Shown piece by piece: positions 26,118-37,029 of a stretch of 41,007 bases of DNA. The notes beneath the pieces are model-generated. The model had not been told where the DNA came from. It made no database searches and saw only the letters and a list, made by a program, of their open reading frames with translations. The stretch is from Verrucomicrobia bacterium UBA1211 (GTDB lineage Bacteria; Verrucomicrobiota; Kiritimatiellia; RFP12; UBA1067): positions 312 to 41,318 of the forward strand of contig DBXN01000085.1 of assembly GCA_002309585.1 (NCBI GenBank), written 5' to 3'. Position numbers and translations under genes: made by a program. Every line of letters begins with the position of its first letter. Position 1 is the first letter of the stretch.

Positions 26118-29100
26118 ATGAACCGTACCCATTCCCTTATATCCGCTCCGCTGCACGCCTTAACCGCCGCCCTGCTGGCAACCCTCTCCGCATCCGCCTT
26201 CCTTCCCCCCGTCGCCGAGCAAAACGACATCTCGCTCCGGATCGAGAACTTTGACGAGGCATCTCCGGAAAACCCGAAAGACCGTTCGCTCCGCGTCAGG
26301 AAGGTCGACGTCTCCCAACCGTTTTCCTTCACGATCGCCGTCGCCAACAACCGGAAAGAGCCGGCTGAAGGCATATTGAAAGTCTGGATGAACGATGACT
26401 GGACCGTTTCCGAAACGGAAGAGGCGGTTTCGCTCAATCCCGGCGAAAAAAAGACCTTCACGCGCACGGCGACCCCGTCCGACCGGATTCTGAACGCGCT
26501 TTACCCGATCCATGCCGAATTGGTCCTTCCCCGTACAGGCGATCAGGGAACCACCCTCCACCCCATCGCGCTCTTTGAGGCAACCCATGCCCCGGCGAGA
26601 CCAGCCGCGAAGCGGACCGATCACACCCTCAAGAAAGGGGTGACCCGACTCGATGCGGATGTGGCGGGCGAGATCTTCTGCGAGCTGAAAGCAGGCGAAA
26701 CCCGTTCGCTGGGACACGCCTTCTCCGTGAACGACAATGAATCCGGTAGCCACTTCCAGCTCCAGACGGTAACTGCCGCCGGGATCGGCAAACGCGCCTT
26801 CAGCGCCCACCCCCCGTGGCGGAACGGCAACGCCGGCGGCACGGTCTTCGCCGACTTCCCCCTCACCCTCCCCGCGGGCCTCCCCTGCCGCCTCACCTTC
26901 TCGACCGCGCTGCTGGGCCGCGCCGACTGGGAGCCGCCCAGCGATGGAACCGAATACATCGTCTCCGTCACGGACTCAACGGGTGACCGCAAAGTCTGTT
27001 TCTCACGTTTCAGCGCGAAAACCGAGTGGGAACCGGCATCTGTCGACCTCTCCGCCTACGCCGGACAACGCATCATCCTCCGGCTGGCAACCGGACCCGG
27101 CCCACAGAAGAATACCACCTGCGACCGATGCGCCTGGGGCGATCCCATCCTGACCATAGGTGAATGTCCGCCACTCCAGACGGAAACGGAATGGCAGTCG
27201 CTGGAAGTGACCGCCCGGGCACGCGCCGCTTCGGCGGTGATGGAGGGAAACAACCCTGAACAGGGACAATTCCAATTGACCGTCCAGGGGAAGCGGTACG
27301 GCGCCGCCGTCATCACGGGCCGCCAAGGTATCACCGACGGCGTGATCGCCTTCAGCGACGGAAACGAAACGCTGACCTATCGCGGGTTCGCCTGTTCCGT
27401 TGACTTCGCAAAGATCGGCGGTGTGGAAGCGGGACTTCCCGTCAACCGCACCGACCGTTCCATCGCCGACGGCAAACTGACGTTGACCCACTACTTGAAC
27501 ACGCCGTCCCGCGACGACGAAATCCCACTCCGACTCCGCATCTGGCCGGAATCGTGCGCGTTGCGGATGGCGTGGGATATGCCGGGCGTCGAACGTGACC
27601 TTCGCGGCACACCCCAGTATACCGAACTCAAGATCGGCCCCGCCTCCCTCCCCGTGTGGCGCGCCTACGCCGGATTCGGCAACGTCTTTGAGAACCCGAA
27701 ACGTCTTTCCCTTGGGGCGGGCGGCTTCTCCCTCTCAACCCGGCACATCGGCGGCGACTACACGAACGGTCTGAGCCTCGTGCAAGCCACCGACATCTTC
27801 CCCGATCGACTGGAGTGTACGGCGGAAACGCGTTGTTTTGCCCTCTGCGCCCAGCATGACACGACCTTCTCCTTCGTCCCTTCCGCCAATGGCGCGTTCG
27901 ACGCGGCGCGGGCCTTTCGGTCAATCAGCGGCTACCGGAAAAGCCCCGGCATCGACACCCTGATCGGAAGGATGTGCCTCGACCAGTGGGGCGGCGCGTA
28001 TGACCAAGCGGCGGAAGAGCTGAAACTCGCTGCGGATTACGGCGTAAAGGACGCCGTTTTCGTGAAACACGTCTGGCAACGCTGGGGATATGACTACCGC
28101 CTGCCGGAAATCTTCCCGCCACTCGGTTGCATGGAGGAGTTCCTCGCCATGCGCCAGGCGGCCAAACGCGCCGGCATCCTCTTCTGCCCGCATGACAACT
28201 ACATCGACTTCTACCCCGATGCCGAAGACTATTCCTATGACCACATCATTTTCAACCCGGATGGGACGCCCCAAAAGGCCTGGTACAACGAGGGCCGCCA
28301 CGCGTTGAGTTACCGCTGGATGCCCCACGCCTTCCAGCCGTGGATGACGGCGAACATGAAGCGGATGAAAAAAGGGTTCTCCCCTGATTCGCTCTTCATC
28401 GATGTCTTCTCCGCCATCGCCCCGATGGACTACTATGACCGCACCGGACAGTTCCATACCCGGGTACGCACCGCGCGCGAGTGGTCCGACGCCTTCGACA
28501 CCTGCCGGAACATCCTCAAATCCGGCGCCCCGATGATCAGCGAAGCCGGCACGGATGCGCTGATCGGCTCGTTGGACGCCGGCCAGGCCGACCATTTCAG
28601 CGCAGACCGCTGGGCGGATCCCAAATCCTACGACGCCGCCGAACGTACACCGTGGCACGATATCGTCACGCACGGGAAGATGATTCTCTTCGCGGGCGGG
28701 TTGGGTCCCCGCTATGCCGCCATCGATTGGGGAAACGGCGGTAACCAGAATCTGCACGGTTACGGGAGCGATGACTATCTGAACAACACCGTCATCGGCG
28801 GACGCGCCCCCATGTGCAACGGCCCCTTCTCCCGCCGCACCGTGATGACCTACTGGCTCCTGCACGACCTCTGCGCGGAACTGGCCAAAGCCGAATTCGA
28901 GTCGCACACATTCGGCGAGACCATCCACCAGCAGCACACGACCTTCAGCAATGGTGCGGAAGTCTGGAGCAACCGGGGCTCGAACGAGGTCACGGTCGCG
29001 GAAGGCAAACGGTTGCCGCAATACGGGTTCTACGCCAAGACGCCTGACCTCGAAGCCGGCATCCTGCTTGTGGACAGCCAACGCGCGGCCTTCGCCCGGT

Positions 29101-29906
29101 CCCAAGACCGCATCTTCGTCGATGCGCGTCCGCCCCACAGCGAAGATTCCCGGAAGCGGATCGCCTCGGCCGCCATCGACGGCGCCTATCTCGGCGACGG
29201 ACACTTTGAAATCTCCGCCGAATGGACAATCCTTACACCCGTCACCGGCTACGTGCCGTTCGTCCACATCATCCCCGCAGGCCATTCGGACCAAATCGTG
29301 TTCCAGGGAAACTCGGCGATCAATGCGGAAGCGCTCGCCAAGCAGGGCCTCTTTAGGGACACCTTCACGATCCGTTTCCCGAAACACCTCCCCGCCGGAA
29401 CCTATGAGATCCGCTACGGCCTCTATGACCCCAAGAACGGCCCTCGGCTGGGGATCATCGGGATAAATGACGACTCCAGCCGGATCTCCGGAGGATACCT
29501 GACCGTCGCCAAGGACGGCGAGACGTTCACAACCGGTTCATGGAAGAAACCGGTCGATTCTTTTGCCGAAGAGCTGGAACTGAACACCGATCGCCGGATG
29601 CTGACCTTCGACGCGATCGCGACAGACGGCGCGTTCCTTTTGGAACATGGCCGGAACGGCCTCATGCGACGGATCTCCGGCTTCTACCGCACCTGGATCC
29701 TGACCCCGCTTCCCGGCTCCCTCCCCTTCCGAGCGGACATCAGCCTCGAAGCCTTCGGAGCGAAGGGCGGCTCGGTCTACGCCGTCGAGCCGATCGATCC
29801 GATCAGCGGGAAAGAGGCGGCGGAACCTGAGTGGTCACAGGCGGGCGACTGCCTCTCCATCTCCTGCGATGCCGGCGCGCGCCACTACCGCATCCGGATC
29901 GATTAA
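26118..29906 (+). CDS. Large secreted multidomain glycoside-hydrolase-like protein
   Basis: Signal peptide, Ig-like segment, NPCBM-like segment (AHPPW...SDG...VDLSAYAGQRIILRL...WGDP), central block KHVWQRWGYDYRLP, PHDNYIDFYP, FIDVF, ISEAG that resembles TIM-barrel GH101/GH129/DUF5696-type enzymes. Confidence 0.6.
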   Translation: MNRTHSLISAPLHALTAALLATLSASAFLPPVAEQNDISLRIENFDEASPENPKDRSLRVRKVDVSQPFSFTIAVANNRKEPAEGILKVWMNDDWTVSETEEAVSLNPGEKKTFTRTATPSDRILNALYPIHAELVLPRTGDQGTTLHPIALFEATHAPARPAAKRTDHTLKKGVTRLDADVAGEIFCELKAGETRSLGHAFSVNDNESGSHFQLQTVTAAGIGKRAFSAHPPWRNGNAGGTVFADFPLTLPAGLPCRLTFSTALLGRADWEPPSDGTEYIVSVTDSTGDRKVCFSRFSAKTEWEPASVDLSAYAGQRIILRLATGPGPQKNTTCDRCAWGDPILTIGECPPLQTETEWQSLEVTARARAASAVMEGNNPEQGQFQLTVQGKRYGAAVITGRQGITDGVIAFSDGNETLTYRGFACSVDFAKIGGVEAGLPVNRTDRSIADGKLTLTHYLNTPSRDDEIPLRLRIWPESCALRMAWDMPGVERDLRGTPQYTELKIGPASLPVWRAYAGFGNVFENPKRLSLGAGGFSLSTRHIGGDYTNGLSLVQATDIFPDRLECTAETRCFALCAQHDTTFSFVPSANGAFDAARAFRSISGYRKSPGIDTLIGRMCLDQWGGAYDQAAEELKLAADYGVKDAVFVKHVWQRWGYDYRLPEIFPPLGCMEEFLAMRQAAKRAGILFCPHDNYIDFYPDAEDYSYDHIIFNPDGTPQKAWYNEGRHALSYRWMPHAFQPWMTANMKRMKKGFSPDSLFIDVFSAIAPMDYYDRTGQFHTRVRTAREWSDAFDTCRNILKSGAPMISEAGTDALIGSLDAGQADHFSADRWADPKSYDAAERTPWHDIVTHGKMILFAGGLGPRYAAIDWGNGGNQNLHGYGSDDYLNNTVIGGRAPMCNGPFSRRTVMTYWLLHDLCAELAKAEFESHTFGETIHQQHTTFSNGAEVWSNRGSNEVTVAEGKRLPQYGFYAKTPDLEAGILLVDSQRAAFARSQDRIFVDARPPHSEDSRKRIASAAIDGAYLGDGHFEISAEWTILTPVTGYVPFVHIIPAGHSDQIVFQGNSAINAEALAKQGLFRDTFTIRFPKHLPAGTYEIRYGLYDPKNGPRLGIIGINDDSSRISGGYLTVAKDGETFTTGSWKKPVDSFAEELELNTDRRMLTFDAIATDGAFLLEHGRNGLMRRISGFYRTWILTPLPGSLPFRADISLEAFGAKGGSVYAVEPIDPISGKEAAEPEWSQAGDCLSISCDAGARHYRIRID

Positions 29907-29942
29907 CGGCAGCCGCCACCTTTGCCGGGCGGGAAAAACCGG

Positions 29943-32741
29943 TCAGAGTTTGATATACTGCCCGGTCACCGAATCGGGATTGGCGGCCAACTCCTCGGGG
30001 GTGCCGCACGCCACCAGCGTGCCGCCCTCGTCCCCGCCGCCCGGCCCGAGATCCAGAATGTAATCGGCGCACTTGATCACGTCGGTGTTGTGCTCGATGA
30101 CAACCACCGTGTTCCCGGACTCCCTCAACCGCAGCAGCAGTTCCATCAGCTTACGCACATCCTCGAAATGGAGTCCGGTCGTCGGCTCGTCCAGGAGGTA
30201 GAGCGTCTTGCCGGTCGCGCGTTTCGACAGTTCCGTCGCCAGCTTGATCCGTTGCGCCTCGCCACCCGAGAGCGTCGTTGAGGACTGCCCCAGATGGATA
30301 TACCCCAGCCCGACCTCTTGCAGGGTCTTGAGTTTGTTGACGATGGCGGGCACCGCATGGAAGAACTCCACCGCTTCGTTGACCGTCATGTTCAGGACAT
30401 CGGAGATGGTCTTGTCGTTGTACCGTACCTCCAGCGTCTCTTTATTGTACCGCAGACCGTTGCACTGCTCGCACGTCACATAGACATCGGGCAGAAAGTT
30501 CATCTCCAGCCGCCGGGAACCGTCGCCTTTGCAGACCTCGCAACGTCCGCCCTTGATGTTGAAGCTGAACCGCCCGGCGTTATACCCCCGCATCTTCGCC
30601 GCCTGCGTCTGGGCGAACAGCTCGCGGATCGGCGTGAAGGCGCCGGTATAGGTCACCGGATTGCTGCGCGGCGTCCGCCCGATGGGGCTTTGGTCGATCT
30701 CAATCACCTTGTCCAGCCGCTCAATCCCCGTGATCCGTTTGAACGCCCCCGGCTTCTCTTTCGACCCGTAGAACTTCTGAAAGAGATACTTCTTCAGGAT
30801 ATCCCCCACCAGCGTCGATTTCCCGGATCCGGACACGCCCGTCACGCAGACGAAACAGCCGAGCGGGATCGCGGCATCGATGTTCTTCAGGTTGTTCTCC
30901 TTCGCCCCGATGATCTTGATCCATCCGTGTGTGGGCGCAACCCGTTTCTTCGGCACCTCCACCTTCCTTCGCCCCGTCAGATAATCCGCGGTGATCGACT
31001 GCCGGCACGCCAGCAACCCCTTCAGATCGCCCTGATAGATCACCTCCCCTCCCTGGCGTCCCGCGCCGGGCCCGATGTCGATCACGGTGTCGGCGTTCCG
31101 GATCATCTCCTCGTCATGCTCGACAACAATCACCGTGTTGCCGCGCCGCTGGAGCTGCCGGAGCATCCGGATCAGCCGCTCGTTGTCCCGCGGATGCAAC
31201 CCGATGGTCGGCTCGTCCAGCACATACATCACCCCCACCAGCCCCGAACCGATCTGCGACGCCAGCCGGATACGCTGCATCTCCCCGCCCGAGAGCGTTG
31301 AGCTCTCACGGTCGAGCGAGAGATAGTTCAACCCGACATCGGCCATGAACTTCAACCGCTTGCGGATCTCCTTCAGCACCTCCGCCGCCACCCGCGCATC
31401 TTCGGGCGAGAGATCGATCGCATCGAAAAAGGCGGCGGACTCCTTCACCGTCATCGCCATCACCTCGATCAGCGTCTTGCCCGCCACCGTACAGACGCGC
31501 GATTCAGGCCGCAACCGCGCCCCATTGCAGTCCGGACAGACCTGCCGGCTCATGAACGGCACCAGCCGTTCCCGCACATCCTCCGACTCGGACTCCTCGT
31601 ACCGCCGTTTCAGGTTCGCCAGAACCCCCTCGAACGGTCTGTCCTCCCGCCGCCACTCCAACACCAGCGGCACGTCGAACCCGTTCATCAGTTTCCGCCG
31701 GAAATCGGCCGGCAACTTCTCGTAGGGCGTCCGCAGCGAGACACGGTTCTGGCTCGCGATCGCCTCCAGCAGATACTTGTAGTAGACGATCGCGTGATGC
31801 CCCGCGATCCGCCACGGCTTGATACACTCCCCCAGCGGCAACGTCCGGTCCGGTACCACCAGCTCCTCGTCAAACACCCACTGCGCCCCAAGCCCCGAAC
31901 AGGTCGGACAGGCCCCGTAGGGGTTGTTGAACGAGAAGGAGCGCGGCTTCAGCTCCTCAAACGAGATCATGCAGTCCGGGCAGGCGTTTTTTTCGGAAAA
32001 AAGCGTCTCGGCGGTCTTCCCGTCCGTCCCGATCGTCTGGACCTTCAAAATCCCCATACCCAGCTTGAGCGTCAACTCCACCGAATCGGTCAGCCGCCCC
32101 CGGATCGAAGGCCCCACCACCAGCCGGTCCACCACCGCGTCAATATGATGCTGCTTGTTTTTGTCCAGCGGCGGCACATCATCGAGCGCCATCATCTCGC
32201 CGTCCACCCGCACCCGGACGAACCCCTGCCGGCGCACCGCCGCGAAGACATCCTCGTGCCGCCCTTTCTTACCCCGGATCAACGGCGCCAGCAGGATCAA
32301 CTTGGTCTTCTCCGGCAGGGCGAGCAGCTGATCGACAATCTGCTCCGCACTCTGCCGCTGAACCGGCTTCCCGCACTTCGGGCAGTGCGCCCGCCCGATC
32401 GAACCGTACAGCAACCGCAGATAATCATGTACCTCCGTCACCGTCGCCACGATCGACCGGGGATTGTTCCCCGTCGTCCGTTGCTCAATCGAAATCGCCG
32501 GCGACAGCCCCTCGATCTGATCGACCTCCGGCTTCTGCATCTGGTCCAAAAACTGGCGGGCGTATGCCGAAAGGCTCTCCACATACCGCCGCTGTCCCTC
32601 GGCATAAAGTGTGTCGAACGCAAGCGACGACTTCCCCGAACCGCTCAGCCCGGTCACCACCGTCAGGCTGTCCCGCGGAATCCGGACATCGATATTTTTC
32701 AGATTGTTCTGCCGCGCCCCCGAAATGATAATGTCGCCCAT
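29943..32741 (-). CDS. uvrA: Excinuclease ABC subunit A
   Basis: [26 protein letters not shown], two ABC signatures ([16 protein letters not shown]), zinc fingers, GVSGSGKST. Confidence 0.98.
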   Translation of the reverse strand: MGDIIISGARQNNLKNIDVRIPRDSLTVVTGLSGSGKSSLAFDTLYAEGQRRYVESLSAYARQFLDQMQKPEVDQIEGLSPAISIEQRTTGNNPRSIVATVTEVHDYLRLLYGSIGRAHCPKCGKPVQRQSAEQIVDQLLALPEKTKLILLAPLIRGKKGRHEDVFAAVRRQGFVRVRVDGEMMALDDVPPLDKNKQHHIDAVVDRLVVGPSIRGRLTDSVELTLKLGMGILKVQTIGTDGKTAETLFSEKNACPDCMISFEELKPRSFSFNNPYGACPTCSGLGAQWVFDEELVVPDRTLPLGECIKPWRIAGHHAIVYYKYLLEAIASQNRVSLRTPYEKLPADFRRKLMNGFDVPLVLEWRREDRPFEGVLANLKRRYEESESEDVRERLVPFMSRQVCPDCNGARLRPESRVCTVAGKTLIEVMAMTVKESAAFFDAIDLSPEDARVAAEVLKEIRKRLKFMADVGLNYLSLDRESSTLSGGEMQRIRLASQIGSGLVGVMYVLDEPTIGLHPRDNERLIRMLRQLQRRGNTVIVVEHDEEMIRNADTVIDIGPGAGRQGGEVIYQGDLKGLLACRQSITADYLTGRRKVEVPKKRVAPTHGWIKIIGAKENNLKNIDAAIPLGCFVCVTGVSGSGKSTLVGDILKKYLFQKFYGSKEKPGAFKRITGIERLDKVIEIDQSPIGRTPRSNPVTYTGAFTPIRELFAQTQAAKMRGYNAGRFSFNIKGGRCEVCKGDGSRRLEMNFLPDVYVTCEQCNGLRYNKETLEVRYNDKTISDVLNMTVNEAVEFFHAVPAIVNKLKTLQEVGLGYIHLGQSSTTLSGGEAQRIKLATELSKRATGKTLYLLDEPTTGLHFEDVRKLMELLLRLRESGNTVVVIEHNTDVIKCADYILDLGPGGGDEGGTLVACGTPEELAANPDSVTGQYIKL

Positions 32742-32783
32742 GAAACACCTCTCAACCCTCACTCATTCAAAAAAGCGGGCAAG

Positions 32784-32811
32784 ATTTTACACGATGCGCG
32801 GCGATTGGCAA
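32784..32811 (-). promoter_or_regulatory. Putative sigma70 promoter for uvrA
   Basis: Minus strand TTGCCA-16 nt-TAAAAT. Confidence 0.45.
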
Positions 32812-33048
32812 GGGGGCAATTTCACGCGGCCGATGGATGACCCGTAAGCAGTAACCGTGCATATCGCAGCAGAGGCAAACTGACACACACCGAGAGCGGA
32901 GTGTCCATTAGGCATCCATGCGTTTCGACCTTTAACCTTATATTGTTATACGCGGTTGGGGAATTCTTGACTTCTGCGGTGGAGGATGGTGTATACTGTA
33001 TTCATCTTCCATGAACGTTTTCATGAACCCCATTGAAAGAGAGTTCCC

Positions 33049-35610
33049 ATGAATCGCACGATCCTGACCGTAAGCGCGGTTGCCTTGATGACGGCGGTCC
33101 CGATGGCGCGGGCCGATTCCCTCGATGACGCGCTCGCGCTGTGCAGACGTACCTATGACTATGTGGCGAAAGCCATTCCCGAAACACAGGCCAAGCCTTT
33201 CGCCCAGGAGCTTTCCGTAGACGAGCGTTGGGCGGCATCGGCCAAGAACGCCAGGGAGCGGGCCATCGTCGAGAAGGTGGTGCGGCGGCTCCGGAGGCGG
33301 ATCCTCTTCGCCCACCCCGACCTGCAGTTCGACACGTTGCTGTGCGTGCAGCGCGATGTCCCCTTCTCAAAGTTCAATCACATGGTGGACCAGTATCTGG
33401 GCCGTTTCTCCCAGGCCGGACCGGGCCTTATCGCCCTGACAAACTGGCGGACCTTCCCGGAAAAGCGGATTCTGCTCGCCGGTAAGCTACCGGAGGGGTG
33501 CGTGCTGAACCCGGACCTCCATTGGGACGCCGACCGCCTGCTCTTCGCGTTCTGCGACCACACGCGCCCGCCGGAGGCCGATGCCGTCCGGTTGAAGGTC
33601 CCGAAAATCATGGATCCGAACGTGCCCGAACACCATCTGGTACACAGGCGTTACTTCATCTACGAATGCGCGGCGGACGGCAGCTGGGTGCGCCAGCTGA
33701 CCGGCGGACCCGGCGATCCGATGGAGACCGCGGAAGGACGCCAGACGGTGCTGATCGAGGATCTCGACCCCTGCTACCTGCCCGATGGCGGATTCGTGTT
33801 CACCTCAACCCGTTGCCAAAGTTTCGGCCGCTGCCACTGGGGCCGCTACACGCCGAGTTTCCTGCTCTACCGGGGCGAGGTGCCGCCCGTGGGAGCGACG
33901 GCGCCCTTCACCTGCAACGTGCGCCAGCTCTCGTTCGGCGAGGCGAACGAGTGGGAACCGTCGGTCATGGAGGACGGACGACTGGCCTACACGCGGTGGG
34001 ACTACATCGACCGGAACGCCGTTCCGTTCCAATCCCTTTGGGCCATGCGTCCGGACGGAACGGCCGTCTCACACCTGTACGGCAACTATTCCCGTAACAT
34101 CTTCGTGGTAACCGAGGCGAAACGCATCCCCGGTTCGCCCGTCCTCGTCGCGACCGGCGGCGCCCACCACATGGTCACGGGCGGTTCCCTGTTCCTTTTC
34201 GACGCGCGGAAGGGCGAGGACGGCACCGACCCCGTGACGCGCCTCACGCCGGAAATCCCCTTCCCGGAAAGCGAGGGATGGAAGTTCCCCGGCTACTATG
34301 CGGCACCCATGCCGGTGAACGACACGCTCTTCTTCGCGAGCTACACCGACGATCCCGGTTGGTATCCGCCGAGCCATCCGAAACGCGCCGAAGGCATGGC
34401 CGCCTGGCCGGAACCGCGTTCAAGCGCGATCTGGTTGGTGGACACGCTGGGCGGACGTGAACTGATCTACAAAGACCCCGCATGGGGCACGTACAACCCG
34501 ATCCCGCTGGTGAAGCGGCCGCGGCCACCGGCGCTCGCATCCCCGCCCGTCGATGCCGGTGCGGACAACACGGGCGTGTGTTATGTGGAGAACTGCTATG
34601 AGAGCCGGCACGGCATTCCGAAAGGATCGATCGCCGCACTGCGCGTGAACCGCCTGCACAATCTGCCGATCGCCCGCCGGGACACGGTGGAGTGGAACCT
34701 CGATCTCGCGCTCCATAAGGAACCGCTGGGAACGGTTCCCGTGAACGCGGACGGATCGGCGGCGTTCCGCATTCCAGCCGGCGTGCCGCTGCAACTGCAG
34801 GCGATCGACACGAACGGCATCGCCATCCTGACGATGCGGAGTTTCATCTATGCGCAGAAGGGCGAGGTCCAGGGTTGCACGGGCTGCCATGAGGACAAGC
34901 GCACCAGCCGGATCGCGGCGCGGCGCCCGGAAGGAATGACCCTGCATGAGCTGAAACCCGAAGTGGATCTCGGCTATCCCGGGTGTTTCCGCTACGCGCT
35001 CTCGGTGCAGCCGATTTTCGACCGCAAATGCATCGCCTGCCACGGTCTGGGCAAGGCGCCCAGTTTCATCGGTGCGGAAGGACACCGACGGCTCGTGCGC
35101 GACAAGCAGGTGGCGTATATCCACAGTTACAGCGAACCCGACATCACCAAACCGGGCGAGAATTTCGCGGCAGGAAGCGCGCTCACGAAACGGTTGATGG
35201 CCGGCCACGGTCCGAAACTCACGCGGGACGAGTGGCGTACACTCATCCTGTGGATGGATCTCTCCGTACCGGAATACTCGCTCGGCGGTTACGGCTGGAA
35301 CCGTCCCGAAACGCGCGCGGCAGACCCCGCGGGCGAAAAGGCGCTGCGCGAGGCGGTGGCGGCGAAGGTGGGCGCGGAGGTCGCGGCGCAGCCGTTCGAC
35401 GCGCTGGTGAACCGGGGTGACGAGACGAAGAGCCGCGTGCTGTGGCTCTGCCGCGCCGAGGACCGCGACGAGCTGCTGGCGCTCTGCCGCGCGGCGCTCA
35501 AACCTCACCCCGCCCAGGATGTGCAGGGCACCTGCGGACGCGATGACGCCTGTGAATGCCGCAGCTGCTGGGTACGAAGGGGCGGTTACAACAAACCGAA
35601 GCAGCCGTAA
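33049..35610 (+). CDS. Secreted HzsA-related (hydrazine synthase alpha-like) beta-propeller / c-type haem protein
   Basis: Signal peptide; DLDPCYLPDGGFVFTSTR, YTRWDYIDR, LGTVPVNADGSAAFRIPAGVPLQLQAID; two CxxCH motifs (CTGCH, CIACH). Confidence 0.8.
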   Translation: MNRTILTVSAVALMTAVPMARADSLDDALALCRRTYDYVAKAIPETQAKPFAQELSVDERWAASAKNARERAIVEKVVRRLRRRILFAHPDLQFDTLLCVQRDVPFSKFNHMVDQYLGRFSQAGPGLIALTNWRTFPEKRILLAGKLPEGCVLNPDLHWDADRLLFAFCDHTRPPEADAVRLKVPKIMDPNVPEHHLVHRRYFIYECAADGSWVRQLTGGPGDPMETAEGRQTVLIEDLDPCYLPDGGFVFTSTRCQSFGRCHWGRYTPSFLLYRGEVPPVGATAPFTCNVRQLSFGEANEWEPSVMEDGRLAYTRWDYIDRNAVPFQSLWAMRPDGTAVSHLYGNYSRNIFVVTEAKRIPGSPVLVATGGAHHMVTGGSLFLFDARKGEDGTDPVTRLTPEIPFPESEGWKFPGYYAAPMPVNDTLFFASYTDDPGWYPPSHPKRAEGMAAWPEPRSSAIWLVDTLGGRELIYKDPAWGTYNPIPLVKRPRPPALASPPVDAGADNTGVCYVENCYESRHGIPKGSIAALRVNRLHNLPIARRDTVEWNLDLALHKEPLGTVPVNADGSAAFRIPAGVPLQLQAIDTNGIAILTMRSFIYAQKGEVQGCTGCHEDKRTSRIAARRPEGMTLHELKPEVDLGYPGCFRYALSVQPIFDRKCIACHGLGKAPSFIGAEGHRRLVRDKQVAYIHSYSEPDITKPGENFAAGSALTKRLMAGHGPKLTRDEWRTLILWMDLSVPEYSLGGYGWNRPETRAADPAGEKALREAVAAKVGAEVAAQPFDALVNRGDETKSRVLWLCRAEDRDELLALCRAALKPHPAQDVQGTCGRDDACECRSCWVRRGGYNKPKQP

Positions 35611-35736
35611 TCCGCCACATGGGGATTGTTTCGGTTTGGAGGATATGGTACACTTTGGGTGATTTGTGTGAAGGGTTCGGCGGTTCCGGGAGTCCGGGTG
35701 GAACGCGTGAGGCGCCGATGCGAAAGGAGCAGGAAT

Positions 35737-36192
35737 ATGAAGCGAGTGATGATGGCAGTGGCGGCGGTCGCGCTGGTCAGCGGCTGCGTGACGAATTGCA
35801 AGAATGATGGCGGCGACGCCGATCTGAAACCGAAAATCGTGCGGGACATCGCGTATGAAAAGTACGATATCGCCACAACGCCGGTGTCGGCCAGCGAGCA
35901 GGTTGTCGGCATCGTTCCGGTCGGCCAGTGGAACTGGTTTACGGTCGGCGGCATGTCGCAGCATCTGGCGGACGATGTCGTCCACATGGGTTATCCGCAG
36001 GCCTCCATCCTCCGCGCGAAATCGGGCGCCTACGCCCTGGCGTGCGAGAAAGCCGGCTGCGATTCGCTGGTGGGTACCCGCTATGAGGTCACCTACAAGT
36101 GGTTCTTCTTCTGGAACGAGGCGACCGTGACGGTGACGGGCTATCCCGCCAAGTTGACCGGCGTGGAGTTCCGCAAAGCGAAATTCGACTGA
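35737..36192 (+). CDS. Hypothetical lipoprotein
   Basis: AAGGAG RBS; MKRTVMM-type signal (MKRVMMAVAAVALVSG-C lipobox); AYALAC...CDSLVGTRYEV...VTGYPAK. Confidence 0.75.
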   Translation: MKRVMMAVAAVALVSGCVTNCKNDGGDADLKPKIVRDIAYEKYDIATTPVSASEQVVGIVPVGQWNWFTVGGMSQHLADDVVHMGYPQASILRAKSGAYALACEKAGCDSLVGTRYEVTYKWFFFWNEATVTVTGYPAKLTGVEFRKAKFD

Positions 36193-36216
36193 TCCCGTAC
36201 CGGAAAACAGATCAGG

Positions 36217-36255
36217 ATGAACGGGATGGCCTGACTCGGCATCCCGTTCATTTTT
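36217..36255 (+). terminator. Intrinsic terminator
   Basis: ATGAACGGGATG/CATCCCGTTCAT 12-bp stem followed by a T run. Confidence 0.75.
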
Positions 36256-36299
36256 CACCCTCACAACCAGAAATTGAGGCCACAGAAAAGGAGCCGCCC

Positions 36300-36923
36300 A
36301 TGACGCGGAACGACAACGGTACGTTCACGTGGACGCACACCACAAATCTTTACAGGGAATGGTCGAACCTCAAGGCCGTGTTCATCGCTTTGGGGATCAC
36401 GGTGGCGATCTGTTTTGTGCTGGTGAACCTGCTCTGCATCGGCTCCATGTCGAAGGACTTCTTCCTCTTCCAATGCAAATTGTGGGGATACATCCTCGGC
36501 GGCGGGATCCTCCTTTCAATCATCGCCTACTCCATTTGGGCGTGGGCGAACGGGGGTGTCCATGAGCGCGAATACACGGTGGACGGGAAGGGCATCAAGG
36601 AACGGCGCATCGTCCATTGCCCCGGGCGCATGAAGTTCCTGCGCGGATTCACCTGGATCATGCTACTCATGCCCGGACGGCCGAATCAGAAGATGGCCAT
36701 GCGAGGATTGCTCCATGACACCTCCGAAAAGGGTATCAAGGTGGACTTCGCGAAGGTGAAGACGCTCGTTGGGGACCGTACGGCGGGCACGATCACACTC
36801 CAGACGAAAAGCGGCCAAAAGGAAATCTTTGTTCCGCGTGAGGACTACGCGGAAATCCTCGACCGCATCACCAAGCATCTCCCGAAAGCGAAGGGACAAC
36901 GGAGCGAAAAACGGAAAATGTAA
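36300..36923 (+). CDS. Hypothetical membrane protein (two TM helices plus a soluble beta domain)
   Basis: AAGGAG RBS before ATG 36300; two hydrophobic segments. Confidence 0.7.
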   Translation: MTRNDNGTFTWTHTTNLYREWSNLKAVFIALGITVAICFVLVNLLCIGSMSKDFFLFQCKLWGYILGGGILLSIIAYSIWAWANGGVHEREYTVDGKGIKERRIVHCPGRMKFLRGFTWIMLLMPGRPNQKMAMRGLLHDTSEKGIKVDFAKVKTLVGDRTAGTITLQTKSGQKEIFVPREDYAEILDRITKHLPKAKGQRSEKRKM

Positions 36924-36998
36924 AATCCGCGCGGAGGCATTACAGGTTTTGTAACAGCCGGGACGGGGATTCGCCAGCGGGATCGAGGGAACCGAAAG

Positions 36999-37014
36999 TT
37001 GGCATGGAACGTGC
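36999..37014 (+). promoter_or_regulatory. Putative sigma54 (-24/-12) promoter for carB
   Basis: TTGGCATGGAACGTGC has GG-N10-GC and is close to TGGCACG-N4-TTGC. Confidence 0.5.
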
Positions 37015-37029
37015 GTTCTTCTTTGTTTA

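Noticed and set aside
32742-33048. LexA box upstream of uvrA, and a TTGACT/TATACT promoter for the HzsA-like gene
   Set aside because: No convincing SOS-box dyad; the promoter hexamers are 19 nt apart, too far for a confident call.
33049-35610. Anammox hydrazine synthase
   Set aside because: No hzsB, hzsC or other anammox genes nearby; only domain-level resemblance.
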